A stretch of 63,675 bases of DNA from Chara braunii (taxonomy: Eukaryota; Plantae; Charophyceae): assembly GCA_003427395.1 (NCBI GenBank), contig BFEA01000005.1:1747823-1811497 (forward strand), in the 5' to 3' direction. The translations under genes were made by a program, and so were the position numbers. Below are positions 23,966 through 36,649 of the stretch, piece after piece. The notes beneath the pieces are model-generated. The model saw only the letters and a list, made by a program, of their open reading frames with translations, ran no database searches and was not told where the DNA came from. The first letter of the stretch is position 1. Every line of letters starts with the position of its first letter.

Positions 23966-24814
23966 TCAACTTCCTTTGCTGGAACGATACTCTTGCATCA
24001 CCTCACGAACAAAAACTCGTTGCAACATTTTGTGACGATACTCCTCGAAAGTTTCAAATCGACCATTTCCTTGTCGATTGTAATCAAGATGAATTACAAT
24101 ATCCACACACCTCGAAGTGTTTATGCTGGTATTCAATTCCTCTATTATTTCCACAATATCTTGAATCTTGTGAGAACTATCAAGATGACCCATGTGTGCA
24201 AGTGTCTTTTTGGGACCAATAGATTCAAGAGAGTCATATATGACAATATTAAAATTAGAAGAACTTAGTCGTCCCAAGGGTCCTGTATAGACATGAGTAT
24301 GTTTTGTTGATGGTGTAACAGCAGACACAACACAACTGACATGACACGGAGTAGCCATAGCCGCCGACAAAGCAGAAACAATAACAAAGGTAGTAACAAT
24401 CGTCGTTGACATTTGTTGAAAATTTGGAGGAGATGTTGTTTGAAGGAGGAATCTAAGACCGAAGAGGAATGAGGAGCGGAAGAAGAAACCACGAGAGGAA
24501 TCCTTTTGAGAAGGTTCTGTATCCGTGCATATCGTTGAAAGGGCTGAGAAATTGTCCCTTCTGTCAAACAATGTGGCAAATGAATTGTAAATGGTAATCT
24601 CCTCATTAGAGAGCGCAATGAACTCATCGTTCAAAAGCATTTGCAATATAGAAGAAGCCTCAAAATTCAACGCATTCAACGGGTCTAAAGAAAGAGGGGA
24701 TCGTCGTTCCGACCACGTATCAGTGCATTTGTTTCTTTTCCATTCGATAAAGTTTTCCCATTTTCGTCCATCTTTGACGATTGTGACACTTTTGACAAAC
24801 ATTTTAAAAAGCAC
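23966..24814 (-). CDS. Ulp1/C48 peptidase-like ORF carried by the Helitron, probably inactive
   Basis: Ordered motifs LSNEEITIY, FFFRSSFLFGL, CHVSCVV, IVIYDSL and RQGNG resemble WLNDEVINFY, FFNTFF, HW.L.V, YDSL and QQ.NG. The catalytic DCG is absent. Confidence 0.5.
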   Translation of the reverse strand: MLFKMFVKSVTIVKDGRKWENFIEWKRNKCTDTWSERRSPLSLDPLNALNFEASSILQMLLNDEFIALSNEEITIYNSFATLFDRRDNFSALSTICTDTEPSQKDSSRGFFFRSSFLFGLRFLLQTTSPPNFQQMSTTIVTTFVIVSALSAAMATPCHVSCVVSAVTPSTKHTHVYTGPLGRLSSSNFNIVIYDSLESIGPKKTLAHMGHLDSSHKIQDIVEIIEELNTSINTSRCVDIVIHLDYNRQGNGRFETFEEYRHKMLQRVFVREVMQEYRSSKGS

Positions 24815-24819
24815 CTAAG

Positions 24820-25623
24820 TCAATACATTTTGCATGTCAACCTTCTTCGCATCTTCAAACCATCTAGCAATGTAAGTGCGCGGATTCGGAGTGCGGACTC
24901 TGGGTGCATCGTTATCATCGGACACCACAACAACCCCCGAAGGATTTTGTGTGGCACAAGCATCTCTTTCTCGTCCACTGCATTGAGATTGCGAACACGG
25001 ATCACGAACACATGCACGTCCAATGACCCGTTCACAAAACGGAAGAGATGCAAGTCCATCTGGGTTCCCGTTTCAACAACAACACGTTGTCGTCCTGCCC
25101 GATTATCAGCCAAGGTGGGCTCCAACACTTAGGGGCAACCCAAAAGATTAATTTTCGCACCACGTCTCTTTCTTCTCTTGAATGTAGATTCAACACAGTC
25201 TTCATTCGAATCACCCGTAACGTTATCATCCTCGTCATCGGGAAATGAAAGGATATTAGGTCTACCCGACAGACCTCTACGCGAATCATCCTCATCAGCA
25301 CGACAATTGTCACCACCCCCCTCCACAAACATGTTTTCAGCAACATCAAGGGTATTCCCTTGCGAACATGCACATTCAACTTCGTCAAAAACAACATGAT
25401 CGTCTTGAGCATGTTCACTTCCAAGATTGACCGATTTCTCATCATTTACACTTTTTTTTTCTCTCTCCGAATGTTCGGCTCCAACTTTTGACGTAACATT
25501 CGGATCATCTCGAGTGGTATTGCTGGTTCCCATTGCTTTCCTCTTAGCATGAGTATCATATTTATGGTCCATTAGAGAATTGCCTACGAAGAAAGAAAAT
25601 GACAAAATTAATCGGAATGTCAA
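24820..25623 (-). pseudogene. Acidic/basic low-complexity ORF fragments, possibly the N-terminal part of the Ulp1-like gene
   Basis: Abutting minus-strand ORFs 25129-25623 and 24820-25128 lie directly upstream of 23966-24814. Confidence 0.3.
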
Positions 25624-25699
25624 GGCTCAAAAAAAATTTTTTTTGAACAACTCATCCCAAAAGTTCATGATATACAATATTCTTTGTCAAAAAAAAGAA

Positions 25700-27074
25700 T
25701 ATCAGGCAACACAACACGGATGTTGTTGGGATGACCAACACACGACAAAGCAACATACAGTTGGTCATGCACAAAAACCGGCTTGCGCAGCCAAACCCCC
25801 ACACGTGATACAGTTTGTCCTGCGACTTGTTAATCGTACTGCAAAAGCAAGATGGACAAGAAATTACCTCCTACACCATTTGAACCCAGTGGTCTCACCA
25901 TCGCTTGTCAGATCAATCTTGGGGATCAATGTTGTCTTACTTGTGCGCATTATTGTCACTTCCAACAAATCATCATTAACAATTTTTTTTTAAATTAACC
26001 TTGTACCTTGGCAAAGTCTTTACTTCGGCAACAAATTTCGCAAAAGCATTACGAGCGCACAAATTTTCAAACATAGCTTGTAATGTGGAAGGTTTAATTC
26101 ATTGAAAGAGTTTAAAAAATCTCTCTCTCAATCTCGTGTCCGGTACCATCCGAATCGGGATAATCAATGTTGAAAAGCTCACGCACCTTCCCAGGAAAAT
26201 CGTCAAGAACGCGGTTGTTAAAAGAACCGACATCGTTATTAGTAGGGCATAAAATTAATCGAGGCGAGAAATACTCGGATCCCCCACGTGGTTGAACACA
26301 TCGTCAAACGTCCATGAAATCAACTCATCAATCGGTGTATCTGTACAAATCTCACGTGGCAATCTGACTGCACCTGATTTATTCGGAACATCACGAGGAT
26401 GGTCACCATTCCCAACACTCATCAAAAAGTGGGCACAGATTCGTGTCATTTCATCATCGCCTAAGTTTAAGATTCACATATTTTCGGTCAATTGGTAAAC
26501 CTTAAAAAGTTTCCACAAAAGAGACATTTTGATTGACGCATCAATTTGTTCTGCTCGAGATCCGTGTTTCGCAACGGGCAAAACCTGTCTAAAATGTCTA
26601 CAAGAAGTATAACTTTCCCATCAAACGGCTCATCATTATTACAGAGGTCCCGAGGCGTAATGTCAAGAGTTTCCAAGAGAAACTTGTAACTCATCGGGGC
26701 CTCGTCCCAAACAATCAAATCGGCACGACGGACAAGTTTTGCAAGATCACTTTGTTTCGGAATTGAGAAGGGACGTGTGTTATCAGGTTTCAAAGGTGTC
26801 CGAAATCGTGAGTGAAACGTTTAACTCCCTGTCAAAAGAGTCGTCGCTATGCCACTCGATGCCACGGCCAGTCCAATAGAAGAACGATACTTGATGCCCG
26901 CCAAAATCGTTTCAACACAAAAAGTATTTCCTGTTTCGGTCGGTGCATCGACAAAAACACCCAACTGCCTTTTTTCTTGCACAGCCCGAACAACTCTTTC
27001 CACCAACACTCGTTGGCATGGTCAAAGACGTCGAAAATTTGAGTCATATCTACGTTGCATTTGATTTGGATCAT
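25700..27074 (-). pseudogene. Helitron Pif1-family helicase domain, frameshifted
   Basis: Degenerate Walker A FVDAPTETGNTF, AVASSGIATTLL, LIVWDEAPM, PFDGKVIL, and C-terminal PVFVHDQLYVALS. Confidence 0.9.
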
Positions 27075-29580
27075 TCGACAACTCGTCGTTTAAAATCGAC
27101 GACACCGTTCTGTTTTGATAATGTTTCGTTATGTTCTCAGCAATTATTTCCCCGTCGGGTATTGGATAATAAAGGCAAAACTGACAGATGTTTTTTTCAG
27201 GCTCTTACAAAATACGGTTACGATGATATAAGACTAACTATTGCAAAATGTTCAGAGGAACCATTTCATTGTTCGTGCGATACTAAAAATTGTCACACAT
27301 CTTATTTCAATGTCGTTCAAAGAAACGGACCAAATCGTTCACTGGACCATATGCGAGAATCATAGCAATTACTTTACAAACTTCTTAAGGCATATAATGT
27401 CCTGCCGCTATCTCGATGCATCGATCGCATGCATGGTCGGTTTGCAAAAGGTCCAATCGAACGCACAAGGATCAGAAATAATCTCATTCGACTCCGTGCA
27501 CCGTACGAATTTCGGAAAAAGAGCGCACCTCACGAGAATGTGCATGGTTTAGCAACACACGCAGATAGAATCATTCCCCTTATGTGATCCTCACATGATG
27601 CAACCGAAAGATTTTTTTCGAAGGGACCACTGTGAAGATCACACTTTCTTTGATTCCACTTCTTATATTTGTTGTCCCACACGAGTATTAACGATCTCTA
27701 CATATAGAGGAAACTCCTGTTTAGGAACATGTCCGTTTAAAGAGTTGTGTTTCATCCACGCCGTCAATTTCGTTTTCGGGGACCCATGTGAAACAACGTC
27801 ATGCTCAGTGTCAAGTTCGAATTGCATTTTTTACACGTTTTCGATGTGCACAGACAATCTTTCGACCATGGGCGACTATTATTGCACTAGGTCGAACTCA
27901 AATAGATGCTAGCATGCTTCGCATGCACCTACAACACGCACAGCTTGATACGATTTGACTTCATCGATGAGCACATTACTATTTTGTTTGCAAACCATAG
28001 CACAATCACGCCCTTTGTATACGTACTTATACACGTACGTGCACGCCTTGATGTTAGCACAATATTCAACATTCAAGTGACAATTAAACCTCATCAGCAA
28101 GTATGGGTTATACGAGACCACACGACGATTATATTAAATGATATTATTTTGAACAGTCGTAAAACCACTGTCACTTGGTTCCTTTCTCCTATACGAAGGG
28201 TACGTTTGTTCGTCTTTGAATGAAGTATTTTGGCAACCCTTTTGTCAATTCTTTGTCCCCCGTGCACGAAGCCTGACGTTTCTCCGCACCACAAATCGCG
28301 TGCAACATGAATTTGACAACCCTTTCTCTCAATTCCCCTTCCGGAGGAATCTCGACACACACCACATTGTCAACAACATCCGCATCGCGAAGTTTATCAT
28401 CCGGATACAAGATAACTAACATATGTGCGTGTGATAGACCTCTTTTTTTAAACTCCATAACATACAACATTTCATTCACCCTACCAAAGATCCGTTTGTT
28501 TTTTATCTCATCGATGAGTTGTGCAAGATAACCTTTTAACACTCTCGCGAGAAGATTCGGTCTGTCGTTAGAACATTGACCTGGCAACAGTGCTTGTTTG
28601 ATATCCGACCAGTTAGTGTTGCACGTCATAGTGATGAAAAGATCCAGTTTTCCGTATCGCTCACGATTGTCATGTTGTCGTGATATCTTTCACTCATTTA
28701 TCGGGGCACCCCAGTGAACGTTAACGGTAAAACCACATTTGTCCCAACACCGTCACCACGTTGATTTTGTTCCATGGCATCTCGTAGATCCTGATAATAC
28801 TCCGACCAGAAATCTTTCTGATGGAATCTCACCTATTTTAAGCGAAGGGATTCGACCTTAACGTACGCCATATCACAAAAGTAGTGGAAAAGATGTGCTA
28901 CATAACGGAGGCAAGGTCTTTCACCATCGCGTTCGTGAAGGTGAAATGCATAGTACTTCTCGGCACTGAGTCCCGACGGCCATCGAGCTTCCAAGGCACG
29001 CCAAGCAGACCAACTATCAATTTCCTCCGGGAAAAGCAAAACAAACCTCAAGCAATCATGCGTTCGGAAACATTCTGGAATCACAATTGTTTGTCACCCA
29101 CCCGAAAGAGGAGCACGCAAATGAATCTCGAGCTCACGAGGAAGAAGGTCATCCGCCATGAGAACGCACACCTCCTGCAGACCTGTGGGACGGTTGTAAC
29201 GCCTTGCATGTTCCTCCGCGGCATGACATCTGGATTTATGACCAACTTCCTCCCGTTTAACGCTTCCGGCGGAAGGTCAGCAATCGTCATAAAGTCTCTC
29301 ACGTAATTGTTACAACGTTCTAGCAATTCGTGGAACCTTCTCAATATCTGTCTAATTCGCTCCAGTTCGGCATTAGACATATCCGTAGGTAAATTAAAAA
29401 AATATACTCTTTGATGAATCGCATCATCCAAATGTTGACCATCGTGCAAGTAAAGTTGCGCAAACATAGGACATTCCTCTTCCTCCACAGCGAATGCAAC
29501 AACACAATGATAAATTGGACCCTGAATCCAAAATTGACCCTAGAATTATGAGCATCATCGCTCCGTTGCTTTAATCGCAA
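27075..29580 (-). pseudogene. Helitron Rep (HUH endonuclease) region, frameshifted
   Basis: FAQLY, TCNTNWSDI..DRPNLLAR, EFKKRGLSHAHML, VSYNPYLLMRFNCHLNVEYC..YVYKYVYKG. Confidence 0.92.
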
Positions 29581-30049
29581 GGATGCGAGGGATAAAATAT
29601 TATTGATTATCCCCTTATTGTTTTGAACAAATCAATCGTCGAAAGTTTGAGACATCCAAATGGAAAGAATCTCATGCTTCTGGACCCGGCCAGCTGGTTA
29701 TCCCCTCATTGTTTTGAACAAATTGATTATCCCCTCATTGTTTTGAACAAATCGATCGTCTTTTAAAGGGAAAAAAAAAAGAAAAAAGGCTCCCATCCTG
29801 CGCCTAGACCCGGTCAGCTGGTTAGCCTTGTGGACCCAGGATTCAGACCCAGCCTCGGGCTGTCCCCTACATGCTATGTGCCTGGTCCCGTGTGCTCAAC
29901 CTTCCATGAACCTGTCTCCCTCGCTTACTCCCACCCTCTGTCCCCGACCTGACCCCAAGCTTGTATCCCGGACCTTGTCTCCCTGACCTGGGTTTGCTTG
30001 CCTCCCTGCTAAGCCCCATGATCACGCTAATGATGAGGCCCAGGCAAAC

Positions 30050-30445
30050 ACCTATCTGTCTGCCTATCTGTGTGTTTGTCTGCCTATCTGCCTGTCTGGC
30101 TGTCTGCCTGTCTTCCTAAGTTTGCCCGTCTGCTTGTTTGTGTGCCTATCAGCATGGTTGTCTCCCTGCCTGCCTGCACACCTGTGTGTTTGTCTTCCTG
30201 AGTCTGCCTGTCTGTTTAACCTGGCAGATGGGAAGACAAGAAGACATGCAGACAGATAGACGTGAAGACAAACAAACAGACAAGCAGACAAACATACAAA
30301 CAGATAGATAAACAGACGGACATACGGACAATTTGTATGTCCGTCTGTCTGTCTTTGCGTCTACCTGTCTTCTTGTCTGTCTACCTGTCTGCATGCCTGT
30401 TTTCGTGCCTCCCTATACATATGTATGTGTGTCTTTTTGCCTGTC
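30050..30445. repeat. Degenerate (TGTC/GACA)n microsatellite that switches strand twice
   Basis: TGTC-type ~30050-30215, GACA-type ~30222-30330, TGTC-type ~30333-30445. Confidence 0.85.
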
Positions 30446-31443
30446 TGTTAGGCCTGGACCAAGCACCCAGGATTTAAGGTCAGTCAGACCCTATGTATGG
30501 GCCCAGGTCTAGGTGTAAAAAAAACAAAAACAAAAACAAAACAGCAAGAAAAAGGCTTCGGGCCTACTCTGGGCCTATGCCTAGGTCGAGGTCTGGGCTT
30601 TGAGAACAGGCCCGTGGCGTCGACCTTACTAAACCTGATAAGAGAGAGTGAGAGAGAGTTGGCGAACGGGGCACTATCTGCATCATCGCCACATCAGCAT
30701 CGCCAGATCACCATACTGCTACACGCCACGTTAGTGCGGACAATGATTGGTCATGTCAGTGTCGCAACTCGTGCGTGGACAACGATTGGCCACGTAAGCG
30801 CGGACAGAGAGAGAAACAAAGAGAGAGAGAGATGGATAGATGGATAGAGAGAGAAAGGGAATGAGAGAGAGAGAGTAGTCTTCTTCTTCTTCTTCTTCTT
30901 CTTCCTCCAGCGCGAGCACGTGCGCACACACGGAGAGCGCGAGTGCTCGTGCACGCGCGCTGTCGCACTTTTTCCAGTCGGGCCTCTTCAAGCGACCAGA
31001 AAGCCAACAAGCTGTCACGCAGGATTTTGTATGTCGATTTTAATAAATAAAATAAAATAAATTAAATAATGTCAATCCCTTCCTGTTGTGTGGGTCCGGC
31101 TTCGAGCGAGACCCTTCAATTATGGTTTTCGCCGGTCCCCCGTCTTAGGAATCTTTTATTTTGATTCGGAACAACAAAGAATTATATGATAGTCATAAAA
31201 TCTTGGTGTGTCATGCATGCATCAATTTTGCCGATTTTCTACTTTTGAGAACCGTGACAGAATCATCAAAGAATGCAAGCATCAAGCAAACGACAATGCA
31301 AGAAGTCGGACTGACTGACTCGAGCAAAGACAAGGTCAAGTGAGGGAAGAATGAGAACTCATAATAATCTCAGAAAGTATACATGTAAGGAGCATGGCCA
31401 ACACCAGTCAAAAGTCCTCATTCGTCCCTCGAAATCCTCACAC

Positions 31444-31992
31444 TCAATCTCTCATTTTGTTGTCTGTTGTCTGGACTCCCTGCCATGTCTTGGTACTCTC
31501 TGAGGTTGTGGTCTCTGTATGTAGAGCCATCTGAAGCCTACGAGCTCCGAGCACTTCCATCAAAGTCTCATGATATAAAAATCAACCATGGCACAAAACT
31601 CCTCCTATAATGTAGGGAACTACGGTTGACAGAAGATCCCTTGTCTGAGATGTGGGAACTCGGAAGGCTCGGTCACAGCTGCTGGCGAAATGTACCTCTT
31701 TGCCAGATCTACCAGGTCATCCCAATTAGAGCCATCTGTGAGAGTAAAAGAAACTGGAGGCTTTGGGTAATCAGTGTAGAGCTTGGGTCCGAAGCTACGG
31801 ATTAGCTTCACTCCGTTCTCATCTAGCTCTTTCTCTCTTTCTTTAAGGTACCTGGTTGCTGCAATCCAAACTGAATCGAAGTGCTCATGGGTTTCTTCAA
31901 GGTACCTGGTTGCTGCACTTCAGCTTGAGTGCGATCTGGTTGAGATTCGTCAAGACTGACCCGTGAACTGAAAATGATTGAACTGCACTCAC
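31444..31992 (-). pseudogene. ORF-X copy in the 3' LTR, with an internal deletion and frameshifts
   Basis: Colinear with 49574-50227 (e.g. SFGPKLYTDYPKPPVSFTLTDGSNW); lacks the segment equivalent to ~50032-50159. Confidence 0.85.
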
Positions 31993-34900
31993 GGGTTGAG
32001 GTAGAAGTAAGGACTGGTCTGTGCTTTCTGGCAAAAGTACAATCTAAATAATGTCAAACTTTGTGCTGGATAGGAACATTCGAGTGCTTGTTCAGTTCAA
32101 ACTGAGATTGAATATTTGCTGAGATGACCGGTTACCGAGTACTGATTGAAACTGACTGCTGCTAAAATTGTTAACTGAGAACTGAATGCTGTTGAGATTG
32201 CTGATTGAAAACTTTCTTTCACACCTGGTACCTGAGTGTTGCTGCGTGACTCCCACCAAGTCGGTTTATCCTAATAATATTGCACCAGACCTTATTAAAT
32301 ATTTCTCTCTTTCCTCCCTTACTATTAATTATTGATGGTCACTCGTGCTTGATTAATAGTTTCCATGGAAGAAAGCGTGCTGTGCAGTTTTCAATCGGTT
32401 CCATAGAAATAAATAACATATTCGATGAATGCTTGCCCCCTCCCTAACTCTAGCGCCTGGCTTCTCATTGCCTTCACATAGTGTTGAGCATTTTCGGTCG
32501 CATCCTCTTCCTAACCTTCCATTCTGTCTTTACAAGCCCCACACTTCATGACCAGTTTCTCACAGTCCTTCATAATCCCCCCCCCTCCTTTTTTTCCTAG
32601 CTTTCTACGCCTTAGCTTGATGAGGCATAGTGAGGAGAGGCAGTAGTTGTGCCGATTACCACTTGGGGATGCAGTGTGGAGCTTATCTCACTTGGTTTGT
32701 GCAAAATGGTATGACGGCAGCCGGTCTACTAGTGACACAGAGGTGGTCCATTCTCAGGTCACTCCTAACTGTCCGCGCACCGCATTGTTGCTCCCGGCAG
32801 GGCCTTCCGTTCACGCTCGAGGTCAGGTTCCAACCGGAGTAGCTATGACGAAGTAGGTGACAAGTTCAAACCCTTTTGTATTTCTGTTATATCTGGGAGA
32901 TTCTGACCGTTACTTCATTTCTACTCTGATTGAGACACTGCCCATCTCGGTTCGGCGGAAACCCGAACCCACTGTCTTCTAGGTGACGGCTTGCAACGAG
33001 CCCTTCTGAGAACTTCAAAGTGCCTTAATCGTCCTTTCACCGAATATACACGATCGAAATACTCCTCGCCCAAAGCGGGGGTTTTATGCCTAGGCTGCTC
33101 TATAGCAGTTCGAATACTAAGAGAGAGATATTTCATGCAGAATGTCTTCCAATTTGTATGCGTTGCCTTGAGTCGTGTGCCTAGCCACTACCTTACTGAG
33201 TCGGCCTTCGACTCTAAGTTGATCTCATATGAGGAATGATCACTCCCGATCATGAAGAACACTAAGATTCAGCTTATCAAAAACAGGTTGGGAAGGGCGC
33301 TCATACTCAAAGCCATAGTCTTCAAGAATACTTTAATTAGTGTTCAAAAAAAAAATTGCTACAAAATTAGGGAAGTTGACAACTTCGTATAAATGGCCTT
33401 TACCACTATTAAGCTTGATCATTTAGCTGGCTATATAGTTTGTCTCCGAGTGATGAGGAAGTTTTGTGAAACTGGACAGAAGAGGACCAACATGTCTCAT
33501 ACTCTTGTCTCAATCTCCGCCAACACTCGAAGCGTTAATTTCTTATACTAATCACCATCAAGTAGGAACTTAACCATTAAATAAGCAATTATTCACAACA
33601 GTTTTGTCTTTCCCCTATAACTCATGACATAAACTCAGCATCCACGAATGATTGATTCCCATTGTAAGCCCGGAGCCTACTTAGCACGACGAATTAGGTT
33701 GACTGTTCTATCCAATGGACTGCGTGCACATTCACGAACTTACGTGACAGCTCTCGGACGAGTCCTTTATATTGGCGTAGGCCTTTGCACGATCACACTC
33801 ATGAGGGTACCACTAATTATCATAGTCGCCTGGGTATTCAGACGTTAGAGTGATCACTCATGCGTACAAGTTATCACCTACAAACCCTCGCGGTCTTCCG
33901 CCCGAATACCTGCGAGCCCGTTCTGCCGCACATTCGTGCAATCATGCAGACACACACCGACTCGTAGAGTCGATGCCAAACTTTCAGCCACAGGTTTTTC
34001 ACCAGCCCTCCAAAGAGGGAAAATTGATACTCTGTCAACTATTGTGATCTCAACCCTCTTCGTTTCGTTCACGCACACGACATTCACACGATGAAACACT
34101 CAACGAAGGTCTCTTGCGAACTAGTGATGATGATGCGCCCCTCCAATAGAAACAAGAGTAAGGAAGACTAGACTCAGTGGAAAAATTGCGAGTATTCCTT
34201 ATGGCTCGCAGTAAGACCATCACTTTACGCGATGAACCAGGCAAATCAATTTACATGAATGTCCCGAATTTGAAAGGAATCAATTTCGTCAGCCCTCAGC
34301 ACTAATGAGGTTTTATACAACGGATTGCTCACACAACATACACCGATGATACAGGTAGCGATTAACACAATTTTAAGAACATCCCATTTTCAACTCGCTC
34401 TGTTGGTCTTAATATATCGTTAGGCCCCATTCTCACAGTGATCATGCGCTGAGCGTTTCAACGACTAACCCCTTCTGCCAGTCGTGCCCAGCCAGTTTAC
34501 TCGCCTCCCCTACCGAAACAAGTTCTACGGACAAAGATGCTAAAGAATGCAGAATGCGACTCGATCGCATGGATCAGTGACGTCATCAAGAGAGCATGAC
34601 CCGTCAAGTTACCTAGCACTCATTCCTTATAAGTTATTCCCCTCTTTTCCTCACTATCTCATCGTTAGAGCGGGTTCAAGATGGATGAGCATAACATCAA
34701 AGAAACAATTGGCAACGCAGCGGAGGAGGTCGGACAACAGAGAACGTCAGAGCGTGTCTTTCTCTTGCTCATCTGTCGAGAGTTACCGTCTCCCTACCCA
34801 TTTAACATGTTGCACGCTAAGACTCCTCACTTCATTAGTCATTATACAGGTTATCCATCTTCCCATTTCAGTCCAGAGCGACTCAAGTAGCAAGTTCAGG

Positions 34901-35761
34901 GATACAAGTAGCAATCTACAAAAAACATCATTAGCTCTGCTCACACAATCGCTTACCACGCTTCTATCAGCCTACTCTTACTTCGTATCGTTGTACTCGA
35001 TGGACAATAGTGCTCCTTCTGATCACAAGTTGGCTGCACGAGATCCGTAAAACAGGGAAAACTCCCCGCCTGTTCACTCGAAGAGGCAATAATGGTCAAA
35101 GCGAGCCCTTACACGAGCATTCGTGCCCTGAATATAAAAGCGTATGATAGGTGATGACCGCAAACATTGTCTAGGACGTCAGCAAGGCCAAACTAGAGCC
35201 AGTTATCGCGTCTCTTCCTCGCTCCTTATCGAACTGATTAGTCTCCCTAGTCTCTCTGCCATGTGCACCTCGACCAATGAAGGGAGTAACACCATGTCCC
35301 GTTAGCCACTTACTGCCACTTACTGACTAGCTGGGACACACGATCAGGCCTTCCCTACTCAAGGAAGAGAGTCGAGCGTTAGCTGACGGCGATGCAATGG
35401 AACCCCTCGGCACGCGGCACCAGTCCGATGTGTGAGGGCAACAAGTAATGAGGAGAGTCCCGTTCTCTCTCCTGTGCCCGATCCCCTTATCTCTCTCTCT
35501 CCCCCGTTCACTCGGTCGTCTTTCCACATTCACAACAACTAGCCACTCGCCAGTCCAGTCCCGCACGACTACAAGGAACTCTAGAAGAGATTCATCCCCT
35601 GACCAAACCCATATTGAAGACATTGTGCTTAGCCAGAGAAGACGTGTACACATTCAAATTCTCGCCATGACTAGAGGAGTCAAGAGTGGGGATCTCCCTC
35701 CCGAGACACCCACTTCACAGTCCCGCTTGAGGCCGTAATGGTATGTCTGCCTATCGCCTCA

Positions 35762-36025
35762 AGCTGGCCTCTGGGCCTTCTTCCACTAGTCATGCCTGCG
35801 CGTGACTTCCCCCTCGTAACTGCCTTAACACACTTTGACCTTCTCTCTCGTCTAGCGGCTCCAGTCTCTTCGCCGTCTGGAGTTGGGCTCTGGGCCTTCT
35901 TCCACTAGTCCTGCATGCGCGTGACTTCCCCCTCGTAACTGCCTTAACGCGCTTTGACCTTCTCTCTCGTCTTGCGGCTCCAGTGTCTTCGCCGTCTCGA
36001 GTTGGCCTCTGGGCCACTTTCCACT
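35762..36025. repeat. ~120-bp tandem repeat (2+ copies) in the LTR
   Basis: CTCTGGGCC(T/A)(T/C)(C/T)TTCCACT recurs at ~35769, ~35888 and ~36007. Confidence 0.9.
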
Positions 36026-36629
36026 GGTTCCACGGGCGGGAGATCCTGTCGCCACTGGTCCAGTCCATGCCACGACTGGGTCTCGGCATTCAGGTCACTT
36101 TCGTCACTCTCCGCTTCGGTGTCCCGATCCAGATATTGCTGCTCCCGTTCTAGCGTATCAGTCGAGGTCTCTGCCTCCAGGTAAGAAATTGTCACTTTCA
36201 CTTCGTCTGACACCAACGCGGTAGGACAACGATACAAACCCAAGCCCAGATCTATAACTCAATACTCGACTCTTTTTCCCCTTTTTCTTCTTTTTACATC
36301 TTCCTCCTTCCAACAGTGACTGTCGCCACCAAGCCTACCACGTAACCCAACCACAAGAGTCCAGCGCGCGGTTGAGAAGGTCGCACGGGTTATCGCTACC
36401 ACGTCTCTGCACCTGGTCCGGATCAAGACCATCAGGACCCGACAATCACTTCAACTACGAGCAGGCCATAAACTATCAAACGGTAGCCGCAGTTCAAACG
36501 GTAGCCGTCGGCCCCGGGAAATAGCATAGACTGAAGCGAAAACCGATTTTGACGAATCGAGTGAAAAGGAAAGTTAAATAATAACAACAATAATAATTAT
36601 AAAGCCGAGAGGGAAAGGGGGTTATAACA

Positions 36630-36649
36630 TCATTACTACCCCGAACTAA
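36630..36649 (-). promoter_or_regulatory. Putative polypurine tract
   Basis: TTTAGTTCGGGGTAGTAATGA immediately before TGTTATAAC; equivalent site at 53758-53777. Confidence 0.5.

Larger units (their letters stand above)
23210..30638 (-). mobile_element. Helitron (degraded autonomous-type copy)
   Basis: 3' end: GC-rich hairpin GCGGGCA..TGCCCGC followed by CTAG|T at 23210. Candidate 5' A|TC at 30638 (tentative). Rep and Pif1 remnants inside. Confidence 0.8.
30961..36629 (-). mobile_element. 3' LTR (5669 bp)
   Basis: Minus-strand termini TGTTATAAC...GTGCGACA. Colinear with 49091-53757 and preceded by TTAGTTCGGGGTAGTAATGA. Confidence 0.8.

Noticed and set aside
30639-30960. Start of another LTR resembling 12600-12780
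   Set aside because: Similarity is limited to GA-rich low-complexity sequence and boundaries cannot be supported.
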